64,000 nucleotides of DNA from Escherichia coli (GTDB taxonomy: Bacteria; Pseudomonadota; Gammaproteobacteria; Enterobacterales; Enterobacteriaceae): the NCBI RefSeq assembly GCF_003334385.1, contig NZ_QOWN01000018.1; one strand, 5' to 3'. The translations under genes were made by a program, and so were the position numbers. Below are positions 60,101 to 64,000 of the stretch, piece after piece (the stretch's first letter is position 1; every line of letters begins with the position of its first letter). The notes beneath the pieces are model-generated. The model was not told the DNA's origin, did no database searches, and saw only the letters and a list, made by a program, of their open reading frames with translations.

Positions 60101-60319
60101 AATTTCTTTTAGTGGGAGGAAACCGTGACGTTCAGCGCCGTAATCAACAAAAGCAGCTTCCAGACTCGGTTCAATGCGGGTGATTTTACCTTTGTAGATG
60201 TTTGCCTTTTTCTGCTCGTGCCCTGGACTTTCGATATCCAGGTCATACAGACGCTGCCCATCTACAAGGGCAACGCGCAACTCTTCCTGCTGAGTTGCGT
60301 TGATTAACATTCTTTTCAT
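57134..60319 (-). CDS. rne: ribonuclease E
   Basis: 1061 aa starting [30 protein letters not shown], with an Arg/Pro/Glu-rich scaffold C-terminal half. Confidence 0.97.
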   Translation of the reverse strand: MKRMLINATQQEELRVALVDGQRLYDLDIESPGHEQKKANIYKGKITRIEPSLEAAFVDYGAERHGFLPLKEIAREYFPANYSAHGRPNIKDVLREGQEVIVQIDKEERGNKGAALTTFISLAGSYLVLMPNNPRAGGISRRIEGDDRTELKEALASLELPEGMGLIVRTAGVGKSAEALQWDLSFRLKHWEAIKKAAESRPAPFLIHQESNVIVRAFRDYLRQDIGEILIDNPKVLELARQHIAALGRPDFSSKIKLYTGEIPLFSHYQIESQIESAFQREVRLPSGGSIVIDSTEALTAIDINSARATRGGDIEETAFNTNLEAADEIARQLRLRDLGGLIVIDFIDMTPVRHQRAVENRLREAVRQDRARIQISHISRFGLLEMSRQRLSPSLGESSHHVCPRCSGTGTVRDNESLSLSILRLIEEEALKENTQEVHAIVPVPIASYLLNEKRSAVNAIETRQDGVRCVIVPNDQMETPHYHVLRVRKGEETPTLSYMLPKLHEEAMALPSEEEFAERKRPEQPALATFAMPDVPPAPTPAEPAAPVVAPAPKAAPATPAAPAQPGLLSRFFGALKALFSGGEETKPTEQPAPKAEAKPERQQDRRKPRQNNRRDRNERRDTRSERTEGSDNREENRRNRRQAQQQTAETRESRQQAEVTEKARTADEQQAPRRERSRRRNDDKRQAQQEAKALNVEEQSVQETEQEERVRPVQPRRKQRQLNQKVRYEQSVAEEAVVAPVVEETVAAEPIVQEAPAPRTELVKVPLPVVAQTAPEQQEENNADNRDNGGMPRRSRRSPRHLRVSGQRRRRYRDERYPTQSPMPLTVACASPELASGKVWIRYPIVRPQDVQVEEQREQEEVHVQPMVTEVPVAAAIEPVVSAPVVEEVAGVVEAPVQVAEPQPEVVETTHPEVIAAAVTEQPQVITESDVAVAQEVAEQAEPVVEPQEETADIEEVVETAEVVVAEPEVVAQPAAPVVAEVAAEVETVAAVEPEVTVEHNHATAPMTRAPAPEYVPEAPRHSDWQRPTFAFEGKGAAGGHTATHHASAAPARPQPVE

Positions 60320-60680
60320 CGTAACTTACTCATTATTCTTACATTGACGACTAAGCTGCGGGCAAAGTAACGCCTTTCCGGGTGTGAACCGATGGCCTCG
60401 TGTCTAGTCGCGTCGCCAACCTCACGGTTATCGTCAGCTCAAAGAGGCGCAGAGTGTCGGTTGCCCGTTTTTCATGCGGAAAAACAGCGCAATTATCAAA
60501 GAAACAGACTGGGTATTACTCTCCAGAAATATTTCCATCTACCGGTAAGGACTGCAACCCGCAGCCCGCTAACTGCCTGAAAGATCAATACGTCTTACGC
60601 CATTGCTGCGTGGATGATCGGTCGGGCAAAATGGGTTATTCCGTAAAATTTCTTGTTTTAACAAGGATGGACACGGAAAC
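60320..60680 (-). promoter_or_regulatory. long autoregulatory 5-prime UTR of rne
   Basis: Established knowledge that rne has a 5-prime UTR of roughly 360 nt with regulatory hairpins. The extent is given from memory and not mapped here. Confidence 0.55.
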
Positions 60681-60891
60681 GGCCTCATTATTCCACTGCA
60701 AGCCTTGTTATAGCAAGATGACTTTTACCATTTATCACCCGCTTACTCACAGTTTTTTCACTTCTTGCTGGTGATTGGTTTAATAACCATCAATAAAGTG
60801 ATCACGCAGTGAAGTAATAAGGTGCAAAAGTAAATATAAGCATAGAAAAATGAGTGGCGCGAATCCTGTTGGCTAATTAGAATCGCCAACC

Positions 60892-61851
60892 ATGAAAACA
60901 GAGACTCCATCCGTAAAAATTGTTGCTATCACCGCTGACGAAGCGGGGCAACGTATCGATAACTTTTTGCGTACCCAATTGAAAGGCGTACCAAAAAGTA
61001 TGATTTACCGTATTTTGCGTAAAGGCGAAGTGCGGGTGAACAAAAAACGTATTAAGCCTGAATATAAACTCGAAGCGGGTGATGAGGTGCGTATTCCACC
61101 GGTTCGCGTTGCTGAGCGGGAAGAAGAGGCGGTTTCGCCACATCTGCAAAAGGTGGCGGCGCTGGCGGACGTCATCTTATATGAAGATGATCACATCCTG
61201 GTGCTGAATAAACCTTCCGGTACGGCGGTACATGGCGGCAGTGGTTTAAGCTTCGGCGTTATTGAAGGTTTGCGGGCGTTGCGCCCGGAAGCGCGGTTCC
61301 TTGAACTGGTTCATCGTCTTGACCGGGACACCTCAGGTGTTTTGCTGGTAGCGAAAAAACGCTCGGCGTTGCGTTCTCTGCATGAGCAATTACGTGAAAA
61401 AGGGATGCAAAAAGATTACCTGGCGCTGGTGCGCGGTCAGTGGCAGTCGCATGTGAAGAGCGTTCAAGCACCGTTACTGAAAAATATTCTGCAAAGCGGC
61501 GAACGTATCGTGCGTGTGAGTCAGGAAGGCAAACCGTCGGAAACACGCTTTAAAGTGGAAGAACGCTATGCATTTGCCACCCTGGTGCGTTGTAGCCCGG
61601 TAACAGGGCGTACTCACCAGATCCGTGTGCATACACAATATGCGGGTCATCCGATTGCCTTTGACGATCGCTACGGTGACCGTGAATTTGACAGGCAGCT
61701 CACTGAAGCAGGCACGGGATTAAATCGCCTGTTCCTGCACGCTGCAGCGTTGAAGTTTACTCATCCGGGGACCGGTGAGGTGATGCGTATCGAAGCTCCG
61801 ATGGATGAAGGTTTGAAGCGTTGTTTGCAAAAGCTGCGTAACGCGCGCTAA
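60892..61851 (+). CDS. rluC: 23S rRNA pseudouridine 955/2504/2580 synthase
   Basis: 319 aa with an S4 domain and the HRLDRDTSG catalytic motif. Confidence 0.95.
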   Translation: MKTETPSVKIVAITADEAGQRIDNFLRTQLKGVPKSMIYRILRKGEVRVNKKRIKPEYKLEAGDEVRIPPVRVAEREEEAVSPHLQKVAALADVILYEDDHILVLNKPSGTAVHGGSGLSFGVIEGLRALRPEARFLELVHRLDRDTSGVLLVAKKRSALRSLHEQLREKGMQKDYLALVRGQWQSHVKSVQAPLLKNILQSGERIVRVSQEGKPSETRFKVEERYAFATLVRCSPVTGRTHQIRVHTQYAGHPIAFDDRYGDREFDRQLTEAGTGLNRLFLHAAALKFTHPGTGEVMRIEAPMDEGLKRCLQKLRNAR

Positions 61852-61882
61852 TACAAGCATATAAACCTGATAATGGGCGGTT

Positions 61883-61955
61883 GGCCTGATAAGGCGTTTA
61901 CGCCGCATCAGGCCGCCAGCACCGATTGCCGGATGCGACGTAACCACATCCGGCG
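61883..61955. repeat. REP elements
   Basis: GGCCTGATAAGGCGTTTACGCCGCATCAGGCC and TGCCGGATGCGACGTAACCACATCCGGCG. Confidence 0.85.
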
Positions 61956-61962
61956 CAAAAAA

Positions 61963-62547
61963 CTATCCCATCAGCGGGTTTTTCCCTTCCCGACGTAACA
62001 TCTGACACAGCGCGATTAGCGGTAAACCAACCAGCGTGTTAGGATCACGCCCCTCTAAACGCTCAAACAGCGTAATGCCAAATCCTTCACTCTTAAAGCT
62101 ACCCGCGCAGTGCAGGGGATGCTCTTTACGCACGTAATTATCAATCTCCGCCTCGCTCAGGTGACGGAAATGGACGTCAAAAGGCTCCACTTCTGTTTGC
62201 AGATGCCCATTCGCCGAATTAAACAACGCCAGTCCAGTATAGAAGGTGACGATATTGCCGCTGGCTTTGCGTAATTGCAGACGGGCATTTTCTTCCGTTA
62301 ACGGTTTACCGGTGATTTCGCCATCAAGAACACATACCTGGTCTGAACCAATAATTAAATGATCCGGATAACGTGACGCCAGAGATTGCGCTTTTTCTTG
62401 TGCCAGTCGAAGCACCAACTGTCGCGGTGATTCGTCGCTGCGTGGGGTTTCGTCGACCTCTGGTGCTGCACATTCAAAAGAGATTTGCAGTTTTTCCAGA
62501 AGAGCGCGACGCCATGGCGAGGTGGAGGCTAAAATAAGTTTAGGCAT
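61963..62547 (-). CDS. yceF: Maf-like nucleoside triphosphate pyrophosphatase
   Basis: Start trimmed to [20 protein letters not shown] (194 aa). Confidence 0.92.
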
Positions 62548-62712
62548 ATTTTTTTCCATCAGATATAGCGTATTGATGATAGCCATTTTAAACTATGCGC
62601 TTCGTTTTGCAGGTTGATGTTTGTTATCAGCACTGAACGAAAATAAAGCAGTAACCCGCAATGTGTGCGAATTATTGGCAAAAGGCAACCACAGGCTGCC
62701 TTTTTCTTTGAC
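62545..62712 (+). ncRNA. sraB: probable SraB small RNA (5-prime end approximate)
   Basis: From memory, SraB maps between yceF and yceD on the yceD strand. The sequence shows a terminator AAAGGCA-ACCACAGGC-TGCCTTT plus T-run ending near 62712. The start was not determined. Confidence 0.4.
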
Positions 62713-62733
62713 TCTATGACGTTACAAAGTTAA

Positions 62734-63267
<534 letters not shown>

Positions 63268-63306
63268 TTGGTGCTCCCCGTTGGATCGGGGATAAACCGT
63301 AATTGA

Positions 63307-63492
<186 letters not shown>

Positions 63493-63572
63493 TCACGCAT
63501 CTGCGTGATGAAGCTTAGTGAGGATTTTCCCCAGGCAACTGGGGAAAGACCAAACCGGGCGGCGACGATACC

Positions 63573-64000
63573 TTGACACGTCTAACCCTGGCGTTAGATG
63601 TCATGGGAGGGGATTTTGGCCCTTCCGTGACAGTGCCTGCAGCATTGCAGGCACTGAATTCTAATTCGCAACTCACTCTTCTTTTAGTCGGCAATCCCGA
63701 CGCCATCACGCCATTACTTGCTAAAGCTGACTTTGAACAACGTTCGCGTCTGCAGATTATTCCTGCGCAGTCAGTTATCGCCAGTGATGCCCGGCCTTCG
63801 CAAGCTATCCGCGCCAGTCGTGGGAGTTCAATGCGCGTGGCCCTGGAGCTGGTGAAAGAAGGTCGAGCGCAAGCCTGTGTCAGTGCCGGTAATACCGGGG
63901 CGCTGATGGGGCTGGCAAAATTATTACTCAAGCCCCTGGAGGGGATTGAGCGTCCGGCGCTGGTGACGGTATTACCACATCAGCAAAAGGGCAAAACGGT
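63573..64000 (+). CDS. plsX: phosphate acyltransferase PlsX (5-prime part, runs off the window)
   Basis: TTG start followed by [30 protein letters not shown]... The frame is open to the window end. Confidence 0.88.
   Translation, partial: MTRLTLALDVMGGDFGPSVTVPAALQALNSNSQLTLLLVGNPDAITPLLAKADFEQRSRLQIIPAQSVIASDARPSQAIRASRGSSMRVALELVKEGRAQACVSAGNTGALMGLAKLLLKPLEGIERPALVTVLPHQQKGKT

Noticed and set aside
60400-60774. 124-aa ORF (corresponds to the K-12 yceQ annotation as I recall)
   Set aside because: It is antisense to the long rne 5-prime UTR and promoter region, has no convincing RBS and has an odd Cys/His-rich composition. It is probably not a real gene, so it is not listed as a feature.

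Overview
The window is an E. coli K-12-type chromosomal segment. By gene order and protein sequences recalled from memory it runs: IS3 end/ymdE, ycdU, serX, ghrA, ycdXYZ, curli csgGFED/csgBAC, ymdA-ymdB-clsC, opgC, opgGH, yceK, msyB, mdtG, lpxL, yceA, yceIJ, yceO, solA, bssS, dinI, pyrC, yceB, grxB, mdtH, rimJ, yceH, yceM, murJ, flgNMA/flgBCDEFGHIJKL, rne, rluC, yceF, yceD-rpmF-plsX. The one clearly non-core feature is an 11,376-bp, visibly AT-richer insertion (about 19884-31261) that splits the MFS transporter gene mdtG. It has a large serine recombinase gene next to one junction. Its two ends rebuild a near-symmetric attP around a CT core. It also carries a second, small serine recombinase embedded in dense repeat arrays and a phage-type N6-adenine methyltransferase fused to a resolvase-type HTH. 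A lambda-O-like initiator gene contains three 23-bp-spaced palindromic iterons followed by an AT-rich tract. There is a back-to-back promoter switch and a roughly 360-nt structured leader. A late operon encodes a tape-measure protein and a Dit-like tail protein. No capsid, portal, terminase or lysis genes were recognised. I read it as a possibly undescribed integrative, replicative, phage-satellite-like element; a doubly deleted prophage is the alternative. Everything else looks like ordinary, well-known core genome. A secondary curiosity is a 181-bp tandem array that repeats the 3-prime end of serX. All calls come from reading the sequence and ORF track; no searches were run.
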